Assembly (NCBI GenBank): GCA_027483345.1
Contig: JAIXUV010000208.1
Location: 1,612 to 65,611, forward strand
Origin: Verrucomicrobiales bacterium
Lineage (GTDB): Bacteria > Verrucomicrobiota > Verrucomicrobiia > Limisphaerales > UBA9464
Direction of reading: 5' to 3'
DNA: 64,000 nt
Shown: piece by piece, positions 16,416-25,090 of the stretch
Layout: each line of letters starts with the position of its first letter
How positions within the stretch are numbered: the stretch's first letter is position 1
The notes under the pieces: generated by a model
The model's database searches: none
Told to the model about the DNA's origin: nothing
What the model saw: the letters and a program-made list of their open reading frames with translations, nothing else
Made by a program: the position numbers and the translations under genes

Positions 16416-19400
16416 ATGAGCCAGTTCGCCTTCCTGAAATCTGAATGGCCCGAGCTGTACGAGGCTGCGTCGAAGGCCGAGTCCTTGGCCTTTCCCGATG
16501 CGCGGACGGCCTGCTTCCACGCGCGGAGGGCGTTGGAGCTGTTGGTGCATTGGCTCTATCGACACGATGCCGGGTTGAAGCTCCCGTATCAGGACAACCT
16601 CAGCGCGTTGCTCCACGAGCCGACCTTCAAGGCCACTGCGGGAGAGGCGGTTTTTGCCAAGACAGTGCTGATCAATCGGCTAGGCAATGGCGCGGTGCAT
16701 GGGCATCGCCCGGTGCCCGAGATCGATTCGCTGACGGCGGTCCGCGAGCTGTTCCATGTCGCCTATTGGCTGGCACACACGTACGGGCGCGGAACGAAGC
16801 CACCGCCGGGACTGTTCTTCGATCCGAAGGGGCTCCCGAAGTCCACGACCCTTCCAAATCAGAGTCTCGAGCAGCTTCAACGGCTGGAGACGGAACTGCG
16901 CGACCGGGACCAGAAGCTGTCGGAGTTGTTTGCGGACAAGACCGAGCTGGATGCCGAACTGACGCGCCTTCGGGGTGAAATTGCCGCGGCAAAAAAGGCC
17001 AACACGGCGCAGGCCGACACCCACAACTATTCCGAGGCCGAGACGCGGGACTGCTTCATCGACCTGCTGCTCCGGGAGGCTGGGTGGCCGCTCAACCAGG
17101 AACGCGACCGGGAGTTTCCGGTCGACGGGATGCCGAACAACGAGGGCAGGGGATTCGTGGACTACGTGCTCTGGGGAGACGACGGGCTCCCTTTGGCGCT
17201 GGTGGAAGCCAAGCGCACCCAGCGCGACCCGCGCATAGGCCAGCAGCAGGCCAAGCTCTATGCGGACTGCCTGGAGAAGCAGTTCCGTCGTCGTCCGGTC
17301 CTCTTCTATACGAACGGCTACGAGCATTGGATGTGGGACAGCGCCAACCATCCGCCCCGGGCCGTGCAGGGATTCTTCAAGAAGTCGGAGCTGGAGCTGA
17401 TGATCCAGAGGCGAACGACCCGCAAGAGCTTGGCGACTGCGAAGATCAACGAAACGATTGTCGGTCGCTATTACCAGACCCGGGCCATCCGGCGAATCGG
17501 GGAGGCCTTCGAGAAGGACCACGACCGAAAAGCATTGGTCGTGATGGCGACCGGCGCGGGCAAAACGCGGACGGTCATCGCCTTGGCCGATCTGCTTATG
17601 CGCTGCAATTGGGCCAAGCGCGTGCTGTTCCTCGCCGACCGGGTGGCGCTGGTGAACCAGGCGGTTAACGCCTTCAAAAAGCACCTAACCGAATCGTCGC
17701 CGGTGAACCTGGTCACCGAGAAAGACATCGAGGGCCGGGTGTATGTCTCGACCTATCCGACGATGATGGGCCTGATCGATGAGACCCGGGACGGCCAGCG
17801 GCGTTTTGGAGTCGGTCACTTCGACCTGATCATCATCGACGAGGCGCACCGCTCGGTCTTCCAGAAGTACCGGGCCATCTTCGCCTACTTCGATTCGCTG
17901 CTCGTGGGATTGACTGCGACACCCAAGGACGAGGTCGACCGCAACACGTACGGCCTGTTCGATCTGGAAGACGGTGTGCCGACGGATGCCTATCCGTTGG
18001 AGGACGCGGTGGCCGACCATTTCCTCGTGCCGCCCAAGGCGGTTTCCGTGTCCCTGAAGTTCCCCCGCGACGGCATCCGATACGACGAGCTGTCTGAAGA
18101 GGAGAAGGAGGAATGGGACGCCAAGGAGTGGGATGATGACGGGGCGGTTCCCAGCCAGGTCGAAGCCGAGGCGGTCAACAAGTGGCTCTTCAACCAGGAT
18201 ACGGTGGACAAGGTGCTGGAGCACCTGATGACCCATGGCTTGAAGGTTGCGGGCGGGGATCGGCTCGGGAAAACCATCGTCTTCGCCAAGAACAACGCCC
18301 ATGCGGAGTTCATCGCCCAGCGGTTCAACGCCAACTATCCGCACTACAAGGGGGAGTTCGCGCGGGTCATCACTTTCAAAACGGAGTACGCACAGACCCT
18401 GATCGATCAGTTTTCGATCCGGGACAGGTCACCTCACATCGCCATTTCCGTGGACATGCTCGACACGGGCATCGACGTGCCGGAAGTGGTGAACCTGGTG
18501 TTCTTCAAGCTCGTGCGGTCGAAAACCAAGTTTTGGCAGATGCTGGGGCGGGGGACGCGGCTTTGTCCGGACCTCTTCGGACCGGACCAGCACAAGGAGT
18601 TCTTCTTCGTCTTCGACTACTGCCAGAACCTGGAGTTCTTTAGCCAGAACCCGGATTCGACCGAGGGAGCCTTGGGAGAGTCGTTGGGCAAGCGGCTGTT
18701 CAAGGCGCGGCTGGAGGTCATTGGCGAACTGGACCGCAAGCTGGCCGGGGTTGCTGGAGAAAGGAAGGAACCTGAACAGTACCTGCGTAGTGATGTCGCG
18801 GCGTTGCTGCAGGTTGAAGTCGCCGCGATGAATCTAGACAACTTCGTCGTGCGTCCCAAGCGGCGGCTGGTCGAACGCTACTCCAAGCCGGAATCCTGGC
18901 GGGACCTGAGCGTGGAATCCTTTCACGAGTTGGCCCAGGAAGTCGCCGGTCTGCCGACGGAGCTGGAGCCGGAAGACGAGGAAGCGAAACGGTTCGACCT
19001 GCTTCTGCTACACCTTCAACTCGCTGTACTACGGGCCGAGCCCGCCTTCGCGAGATTGCGGGATCAGGTCCGGGCCGTCGCCGGTTTGCTGGAAGAGAAG
19101 TCCGGTATTCCGATGGTTCACGAGCAGTTGCCGCTGATCCAGGACATCCAAACCGACGAGTGGTGGGAAGACGTCACCACACCGATGTTGGAAAACGTCC
19201 GGAGGCGGCTGCGTTCCCTGGTGAAGTTCATCGATAAGCGGCACCGCAAGCCCATTTACACGAACTTCGAGGATGTGATGGGCCCGGCGACCACGGTGGG
19301 ATTGCCGGGATTCGCGCCCCACGACACGTTTGAGAAGTTCCGGGACAAGGCGCGTGTTTTCTTGAGGGAGCATCAGGAACACCTGGCCATCCATCGGCTG

Positions 19401-19796
19401 CGGACGAATCAGCCATTGACCGCGTTGGACCTGTCGGAACTGGAGCGGATGTTCCGGGAGAGCGGGGTGGCGAGTCCGAAGCAGTTGCAGCGGGCGAAGG
19501 ACGAATCCGAAGGGCTGGGTTTGTTCGTCCGGTCTTTGATTGGGATGGACCGTGAAGCGGCGAAGCTGGCTTTCAGCGAGTTCACCGCCGGGAGGACCTT
19601 GAGCGCGAACCAGATCGAGTTCGTGAACCTGATGGTGGACCACCTGACCGAGCACGGCGCCATGAAGCCCGAGTTGCTCTACGAGTCCCCGTTCACCGAT
19701 CTCAATCCGCAGGGACCCGAAGGCGTCTTCAGTTCCTCGCAGGTGGACCAGTTGTTGGAGCTGCTCTCCCGGGTCCGGACGCGGGCGGTGGCCTGA
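16416..19796 (+). CDS. hsdR: type I restriction endonuclease subunit R
   Basis: N-terminal DUF4145-like region. PD-(D/E)xK (GFVDYVLWGDDGLPLALVEAKR). Helicase motifs VMATGAGKTRT, IIIDEAHRS, GLTATP, QMLGRGTR. C-terminal EcoEI_R_C-like tail (LSANQIEFVNLMVDHLTEHG). Confidence 0.95.
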   Translation: MSQFAFLKSEWPELYEAASKAESLAFPDARTACFHARRALELLVHWLYRHDAGLKLPYQDNLSALLHEPTFKATAGEAVFAKTVLINRLGNGAVHGHRPVPEIDSLTAVRELFHVAYWLAHTYGRGTKPPPGLFFDPKGLPKSTTLPNQSLEQLQRLETELRDRDQKLSELFADKTELDAELTRLRGEIAAAKKANTAQADTHNYSEAETRDCFIDLLLREAGWPLNQERDREFPVDGMPNNEGRGFVDYVLWGDDGLPLALVEAKRTQRDPRIGQQQAKLYADCLEKQFRRRPVLFYTNGYEHWMWDSANHPPRAVQGFFKKSELELMIQRRTTRKSLATAKINETIVGRYYQTRAIRRIGEAFEKDHDRKALVVMATGAGKTRTVIALADLLMRCNWAKRVLFLADRVALVNQAVNAFKKHLTESSPVNLVTEKDIEGRVYVSTYPTMMGLIDETRDGQRRFGVGHFDLIIIDEAHRSVFQKYRAIFAYFDSLLVGLTATPKDEVDRNTYGLFDLEDGVPTDAYPLEDAVADHFLVPPKAVSVSLKFPRDGIRYDELSEEEKEEWDAKEWDDDGAVPSQVEAEAVNKWLFNQDTVDKVLEHLMTHGLKVAGGDRLGKTIVFAKNNAHAEFIAQRFNANYPHYKGEFARVITFKTEYAQTLIDQFSIRDRSPHIAISVDMLDTGIDVPEVVNLVFFKLVRSKTKFWQMLGRGTRLCPDLFGPDQHKEFFFVFDYCQNLEFFSQNPDSTEGALGESLGKRLFKARLEVIGELDRKLAGVAGERKEPEQYLRSDVAALLQVEVAAMNLDNFVVRPKRRLVERYSKPESWRDLSVESFHELAQEVAGLPTELEPEDEEAKRFDLLLLHLQLAVLRAEPAFARLRDQVRAVAGLLEEKSGIPMVHEQLPLIQDIQTDEWWEDVTTPMLENVRRRLRSLVKFIDKRHRKPIYTNFEDVMGPATTVGLPGFAPHDTFEKFRDKARVFLREHQEHLAIHRLRTNQPLTALDLSELERMFRESGVASPKQLQRAKDESEGLGLFVRSLIGMDREAAKLAFSEFTAGRTLSANQIEFVNLMVDHLTEHGAMKPELLYESPFTDLNPQGPEGVFSSSQVDQLLELLSRVRTRAVA

Positions 19797-20033
19797 GATC
19801 CGGTCTGGCTGGAGTCCAACATAGCTCGAACTCTTTGGGAACGCCTGTCCGGATGGCCTACTTTTGGAGCGGAGGGCTTAAGAGTTCCGACACATTCCGA
19901 CAGTCGGCAGGGGCCTCTGTGCGCGATCTGAGCGACTGGGGAGTTTTCGTGTGTAGACTGATAAAATGCTTTTGTTCAGCTGGATACGTGCTGATTTGGG
20001 TTGTTTTCGCGCACGGTTGTCGCACTGAAAGTC

Positions 20034-20083
20034 TCGGTTTTGTAAACCGTTGGTCGTCGGTTCAATCCCGACAGCTGGCTCCA
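20034..20083 (+). pseudogene. tRNA-Thr(UGU)-like 3' fragment (anticodon arm to CCA), putative att remnant
   Basis: Folds as anticodon stem tcggt/accgt, loop tttgtaa (anticodon TGT), variable tggtc, T-arm gtcgg-ttcaatc-ccgac, then acceptor 3' strand agctggc, discriminator t and CCA. No complementary 5' acceptor strand or D-arm is found upstream. Confidence 0.5.
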
Positions 20084-20131
20084 ACTCCGACCCATTCCCT
20101 CCGGGAACGCCACGGCCGGGGCCGGGGCGTC

Positions 20132-20854
20132 CTATTCGGACTCCGACATCGTCTTGCCCCAGTGCTGCATGAAGAAGCGCTTCTCCGTCGGCAGGAGTGT
20201 CTCGGCGGTACCCACGAGCGGACGCAGCGTGGTCATCATCTGGAGGGAGACGAGCAGGAACAGGGCGCACCAGACATGCAGTGCGGGATTGTTGCGTCCG
20301 GGCGCGCCGGGAAGTGCCCGTGTCAACAGGCGGAATCCGAAGCCGCTCGCCACGAACCACAGCACCAGATGGATGAAGCCCATCGCCGCGACCGATGAGG
20401 TCGACTGGGAGAAGATCCAGGCGATCGGCGCGAGGCTGGCGAGGAGGACGACGTCGAGTGCCAGCATTCCGGCCACCACGCTGGAGAGGTCGCGTATGCG
20501 TATCTCCTGTCCTGTGAGGCAGGAGAACACGTAGAGGCTCGGCAGGCACAGGATCGCGGAGAGGGACAGGCCGGCGGCGATCTTCAACGGGGCCGCCCAC
20601 CACTGGACGCCGCCCGAGAAGCTTCCGACCACCAGTCCATAGAGGACCGCTCCGAGGAGGGCTGTCGCCAGAAGCGCAGTCATCAGCGATGAGCTTCCTG
20701 AGTTCTCCAGGCTGCGTCCGAACCGCTCGGGCTGGCCGAGAAGCAGACGGAACCGTTCACCGATTCCCTCGGGACCGTTGTGGGTACCGGCGCCGGTAGG
20801 CGGCGGGTTGGGAGTGGCGTTCTGACCGCTCGGAGGCACGGGTGGCGGGGTCAT
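20132..20854 (-). CDS. polytopic membrane protein with Pro-rich N-terminus
   Basis: Multiple hydrophobic helices (LMTALLATALLGAVLYGLVVG etc.). ATGA overlap with the upstream paralogue. Start chosen at MTPPPVPPSG. Confidence 0.6.
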   Translation of the reverse strand: MTPPPVPPSGQNATPNPPPTGAGTHNGPEGIGERFRLLLGQPERFGRSLENSGSSSLMTALLATALLGAVLYGLVVGSFSGGVQWWAAPLKIAAGLSLSAILCLPSLYVFSCLTGQEIRIRDLSSVVAGMLALDVVLLASLAPIAWIFSQSTSSVAAMGFIHLVLWFVASGFGFRLLTRALPGAPGRNNPALHVWCALFLLVSLQMMTTLRPLVGTAETLLPTEKRFFMQHWGKTMSESE

Positions 20855-21600
20855 GGCGAATGGGGCGTTGTTTTGTCGTCGGATCGGAAGAGTCGCGAGG
20901 TGCTCAGGAAGAACGCCTCGAAGAAGTTCCCGCGGAGGGCGTCGTCGCGCAGGAATTGGACGGCCTGGTTGGGGCGGCCGAAGAACGGGCGCGCGATCCA
21001 GCTCAGTTGGGTGCCCATCACGAGGTTGGCGGCGAGCCACGCGATGAGCAGGCGCCTCGCAGGGGCCGTGGACCCGGCAAGGGAGGCCAGAACCCGCAGC
21101 AGGTGCAGGTTGGCGACGATCCCGGCGAAGGCGATCAGCACCGACTGCGAGACCAGGATGGTGGCGTAGGCGTCCTGCGTCGCGTTCCAGCCCGAGTCCG
21201 GTCCCGGCAGGTTCCAGACGAGGAACAGCGTCAGCGGACTGAACGCGGCCAGGATGGCGGAGAGCAGGTTGAAGCTCAGGAGCACCGAGGCGAGGGATTC
21301 ACGCCAACCGATCTGGATCCCCAGCAACGGCGCGAGCAGGGCGTTGAAAAACGAATTGCCGACCGCTGTGAGCAGGAGGATCAGGGGGAATTTGATCCCG
21401 TTGAAGACGGCCTGCATCGGCGCCCGCCACGTTCCCAATGCGGCTCCGTAGAGCCCGGCTCCAAAGCCGATCCAAAGCAGACTGGTCAGGAGCCAGACGC
21501 GTGGTCCCGCAGCCATCCATAGCCTTGCCGCGGCCGGATCCCCGCCCAAGAGCCGGGGAAGCCGCCCGAGATGCTCGGCAAGGCTGGTTGGCGGGTTCAT
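20851..21600 (-). CDS. polytopic membrane protein (paralogue-like of 20132..20854)
   Basis: MNPPTSLAEHLGRLP... followed by 5-6 predicted TM helices. The longer track ORF (to 22104) runs antisense into ispH and is rejected. Confidence 0.6.
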   Translation of the reverse strand: MNPPTSLAEHLGRLPRLLGGDPAAARLWMAAGPRVWLLTSLLWIGFGAGLYGAALGTWRAPMQAVFNGIKFPLILLLTAVGNSFFNALLAPLLGIQIGWRESLASVLLSFNLLSAILAAFSPLTLFLVWNLPGPDSGWNATQDAYATILVSQSVLIAFAGIVANLHLLRVLASLAGSTAPARRLLIAWLAANLVMGTQLSWIARPFFGRPNQAVQFLRDDALRGNFFEAFFLSTSRLFRSDDKTTPHSP

Positions 21601-21628
21601 GGAGCCGACGTCCGGTGTGTGGCTGGCT

Positions 21629-22507
21629 TCAGGCCGCCTTCCGATGCATTCCCGCCGGAGCGGAAATCGCGCGTTCGGGCAGTTCTCGGACCGCGTCCTC
21701 GACCGCCAGGATGGCGGAGTCCGGAGTCGATGTGCCGGCGGTGATGCCGACCGTGTCGGTTTCGAAGAACCAAGCTGGGTCGATTTCGGAGGCGTCCAAC
21801 ACGACGTGAACCCGGGAACACGTCTTTCGGCAGGTGTCGGCGAGACGACGGGTGTTGTTGCTGTGCGGACCGCCGACCACGACCACCACATCGCATCGTT
21901 GAGCGAGGTCTTCCGCGGCCTTCTGGCGGTCCTTGGTCGGTTGGCAGACCGTGTCGGTGAAGCGGACCTCGCTGTCCGGGAAGCGTCGGCGGATCCGTTC
22001 CACCAGGAGACTGACCCAGGCGATGGGCTGGGTGGTCTGCGCCACCACCCCGAAACGATCCCGGAGGGGCAGGGCGTCGACGTCTTCCTCTGAGAGCACG
22101 ACATCGCAGCCCGGGTGGTCCTCGGTCAGGCCTCGGACCTCGACGTGGTTGGCCTGGCCGACGACGACCGGGTGGAATCCGGCCGCGACCAGGCGGTCCA
22201 GGGCCTGGTGGGCACGATGGACCAGCGGGCAGGTGGCCTCGGTGACTTGGAAGCCCTGATCCCGGAGCGATTGGATCCGGCGTCCGGAGGCGCCATGGGC
22301 GGTGATGATGACCTCGGGGGTGGTGACGTCGCCCGGGTCGTGTCGGGTGAGGACTCCCTGTTCCTTCAGCCGTTCCAACACGGTTTCGTTGTGCACCAGT
22401 TCGCCCAGGACCGTCACCGGTCCGTCACCGGCCCTCCGGGCAGCCAGGTTGATGGCATCCCTCACGCCGAAACACATCCCCATCGATTCCGCCTTCAGGA
22501 TTCTCAT
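21629..22507 (-). CDS. ispH: 4-hydroxy-3-methylbut-2-enyl diphosphate reductase
   Basis: MGMCFGVRDAI, VHNETV, ITAHGAS, ATCPLVHRAH, TVCQPTKDRQ, VVGGPHSNNTRRL, ITAGTSTP. The start could also be at 22558. Confidence 0.9.
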   Translation of the reverse strand: MRILKAESMGMCFGVRDAINLAARRAGDGPVTVLGELVHNETVLERLKEQGVLTRHDPGDVTTPEVIITAHGASGRRIQSLRDQGFQVTEATCPLVHRAHQALDRLVAAGFHPVVVGQANHVEVRGLTEDHPGCDVVLSEEDVDALPLRDRFGVVAQTTQPIAWVSLLVERIRRRFPDSEVRFTDTVCQPTKDRQKAAEDLAQRCDVVVVVGGPHSNNTRRLADTCRKTCSRVHVVLDASEIDPAWFFETDTVGITAGTSTPDSAILAVEDAVRELPERAISAPAGMHRKAA

Positions 22508-22566
22508 AAGCACTTTGTGATACAAAGCACAGATGTCGGCAAGCCGGATCCTGTTCAAAGAACGGA

Positions 22567-22875
22567 TCAGGATTTTCGGGCTTCGCGGACGATGCGTTCG
22601 AGGAGGTCGATGTATTCGACGAAGGCCTTCCTGCCGGCCGGGGTGAGGGAGCAGGTGGTGAGGGGGCGGTTGTCCTTCTGGGACTTCGCCACGGCGAGGA
22701 ACCCGGCCTCCTGGAGGGTGCGGAGGTGGGTGGTGAGGTTGCCGTCGGTCATGCCGAGCAGGCCCCGCAGCTCGGTGAAGGAAAGCTCCGGGGAGGCGGA
22801 GAGGGCGGAGACGATGGCCAGGCGTCCGCGTTCGTGGATGACCCGGTCGAGTTGGAGGAACGGCTCCGGGTTCAC
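22567..22875 (-). CDS. winged-helix (ArsR/MarR-like) transcriptional regulator
   Basis: 102 aa. HERGRLAIVSALSASPELSFTELRGLLGMTDGNLTTHLRTLQEAGFLAV is a typical wHTH. Confidence 0.7.
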   Translation of the reverse strand: MNPEPFLQLDRVIHERGRLAIVSALSASPELSFTELRGLLGMTDGNLTTHLRTLQEAGFLAVAKSQKDNRPLTTCSLTPAGRKAFVEYIDLLERIVREARKS

Positions 22876-23534
22876 GGACTCGGCTTCTTTTCGGTGATGT
22901 GGAGGTAGGCCCCGTAGGCGAGGTGGCCCAGGCCGAAGGTGAACGTCATCAGCAGGTGGGCCGCCCGGATCGACGGTTCAAGGAACTGGGGATTGGTGGC
23001 GGTGAGGGCGCTGAGAAGTCCGGCGACCACGAAGGCCCAGCCGAAGAGACGGATGCCCCGGACCATGAAGAAGCCCGCCGAATGGAGGGCGCAGCCATAG
23101 AGCACGAGCCACAGCGGGGGAAGGGACACGGCGATCATGGAGCCTTCCGAGTGGATGTTGACCAAGGGGCCGACGACGGCGGCACCGGCGAACACCGGGG
23201 GAAGCAGCGCCGAGGTGATCCTCCGGGTGGGAGGCGACCAGAACGGCTCCTGGGAGGCGAACGCCTGTCGCCGGACCAAGGCGAACGCGGTCGCCACGCA
23301 CAGGATGGCGACGGAGAGCCAATAGAAGGCGAAGGCACGGGCGTTCTCGGGCACCCAGAAGAGGGCCGCGACGCCGCCGGCGGTCCCGAGGACGCCCACG
23401 GAAGTCATCACCGGCGCCAAGGCCCGGCGGTAGACCGCCGCCCGTTCCATGAGGGTCCGGATCGTGTTCAACTGCGCTTGTGCCGCGTTCTCGTCCACGG
23501 GGGATGACAGTCCGTCTCCCGGACACGCCGTCAA
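22872..23534 (-). CDS. membrane protein co-transcribed with the wHTH regulator
   Basis: 220 aa with several TM helices. 4-nt overlap with the downstream regulator gene. Confidence 0.55.
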   Translation of the reverse strand: MTACPGDGLSSPVDENAAQAQLNTIRTLMERAAVYRRALAPVMTSVGVLGTAGGVAALFWVPENARAFAFYWLSVAILCVATAFALVRRQAFASQEPFWSPPTRRITSALLPPVFAGAAVVGPLVNIHSEGSMIAVSLPPLWLVLYGCALHSAGFFMVRGIRLFGWAFVVAGLLSALTATNPQFLEPSIRAAHLLMTFTFGLGHLAYGAYLHITEKKPSP

Positions 23535-23718
23535 TCACCGACTGGAAAACCCCTAGTGGCACCGGGTTTCCGCGGGATTCGGACCTTGACGGGTTGGGCA
23601 GGCGATCCCTACCGTCCGCGACCGTAAGGATTTTTCCCGCCGGCAACTGGCCGGTACGCGAGAGTCGGTGAACAACCGGCTTTTTTGTTACCCCGGTTTT
23701 CGGAGGCGAGTGACGACT

Positions 23719-25002
23719 ATGAATGCGGAAATCTTGGCTGTCGTGGAGTATTGGGAGCGGGAGAAGGGCATCGCAAAGGATGTCCTGCTCGGTGCCATCC
23801 AGGAGGCGTTGATGCAGGCCGCGAAGAAGGCGGTTGGCCCGGCGCGCGAACTCCGCGTGTCGATCGACGCCAAATCCGGCGACATCAAGGCCTGGGCCAA
23901 GCTCATGGTCGCCGACCGCGTCATCTCGAAGCACGACCAGATCAGCGTCTTCGACGCCCGCCGCGCCGGCTTCCCGGAGGCCAAGATGGGCGACGAGATC
24001 GAGGTCGAGGTCACGCCGACCGGTTTCGGGCGCATCGCCGCCCAGTACGCCAAGCAGGCGTTGGCCGCCCAGCTTCGCAAGGCGGAGAAGGCCATGGTCT
24101 ACGAGGAGTTCAAGGACCGCGTCGGCGACATCGTCAACGGCACCGTCCGGCGGTTCGAACGCTCCGACGTGATCATGGACCTCGGCAAGTTCGAGGCGAT
24201 CATGCCCAACCGGGAGCGTGTCCCGACCGAGGAGTACCAGATCGGCGAGCGGATCCGCTGCTTCGTCAAGGCGGTCGAACAGACTCCGCGCGGTCCTGAG
24301 ATCATCCTTTCCCGCGCCGATCCCAATTTCGTCATCAAGCTGTTCAAGGTCGAGGTCTCCGAAATCGGGGACGGGACGATCGAGATCAAGGGCATCGCCC
24401 GCGAGCCCGGTTTCCGGACCAAGCTGGCGGTCTATTCCCGCGATTCGAAGGTGGACCCCGTCGGCGCGTGCGTCGGTCTTCGCGGCCAACGCGTGAAGAA
24501 CATCGTCCGCGAGCTGAACAACGAGAAGGTGGACATCATCCCGTGGTCGCCGGACATCCGGCGCTACGTGGAGAACGCCCTCGCCCCGGCCAAGCTGAAG
24601 ACCTTCGAGGTCGACGAGGCCCGGAAACGCGTCTTGGTCCACACCTCCACGGACCAGTTGTCCTTGGCCATCGGAAAGCGGGGGCAGAACGCGAGGCTGA
24701 CCTCGCGCCTGACCGGCTGGAGCATCGACATCGAGGCCGAGCAGTCCGTGCTGCCGGGTTTCGACCAGAAGGTGGCCGTGGCGGTGCGCGATTTCGCGTC
24801 GGTCCCGGGAATCACCGAGGCGCAGGCCTTGATCCTGGTCACGACGGGATTCCACAGCCTCGAGGACGTGATCCAGCAGGCTTCGGCCGAGGATCTGCAG
24901 GGAATGGACGGGATCGGCGAAGCCGCCGGGACCATTCTGGAGGCGATCCGCGGCGAGCTGGCGCGGAGGGCGGCCACCGGCGAGGTGCCGGCGGGGGCCT
25001 GA
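23719..25002 (+). CDS. nusA: transcription termination/antitermination factor NusA
   Basis: MNAEILAVVEYWEREKGI..., S1 domain (GDIVNGTVRRFERSDVIMDLG), KH domains (DPVGACVGLRGQRVKNIVREL; LSLAIGKRGQNARLTSRLTGW). Confidence 0.95.
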   Translation: MNAEILAVVEYWEREKGIAKDVLLGAIQEALMQAAKKAVGPARELRVSIDAKSGDIKAWAKLMVADRVISKHDQISVFDARRAGFPEAKMGDEIEVEVTPTGFGRIAAQYAKQALAAQLRKAEKAMVYEEFKDRVGDIVNGTVRRFERSDVIMDLGKFEAIMPNRERVPTEEYQIGERIRCFVKAVEQTPRGPEIILSRADPNFVIKLFKVEVSEIGDGTIEIKGIAREPGFRTKLAVYSRDSKVDPVGACVGLRGQRVKNIVRELNNEKVDIIPWSPDIRRYVENALAPAKLKTFEVDEARKRVLVHTSTDQLSLAIGKRGQNARLTSRLTGWSIDIEAEQSVLPGFDQKVAVAVRDFASVPGITEAQALILVTTGFHSLEDVIQQASAEDLQGMDGIGEAAGTILEAIRGELARRAATGEVPAGA

Positions 25003-25090
25003 TCGGGAACGGACCGCGGATGTTCCGCGGTCCAATGCGGTGCCGGCGACGCCCTGCGCGCCGGAAGTCGGGTTTGAATCATCCATCAGT

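Noticed and set aside
19974-20083. Attempt to extend the tRNA-Thr fragment into a full tRNA, using the upstream ttcagct (19974-19980) as the 5' acceptor strand.
   Set aside because: That would give a 110-nt molecule with two acceptor mismatches and no D-arm. The intervening sequence does not fold as a class II variable arm or a known intron. It is therefore kept as a 3' fragment only.
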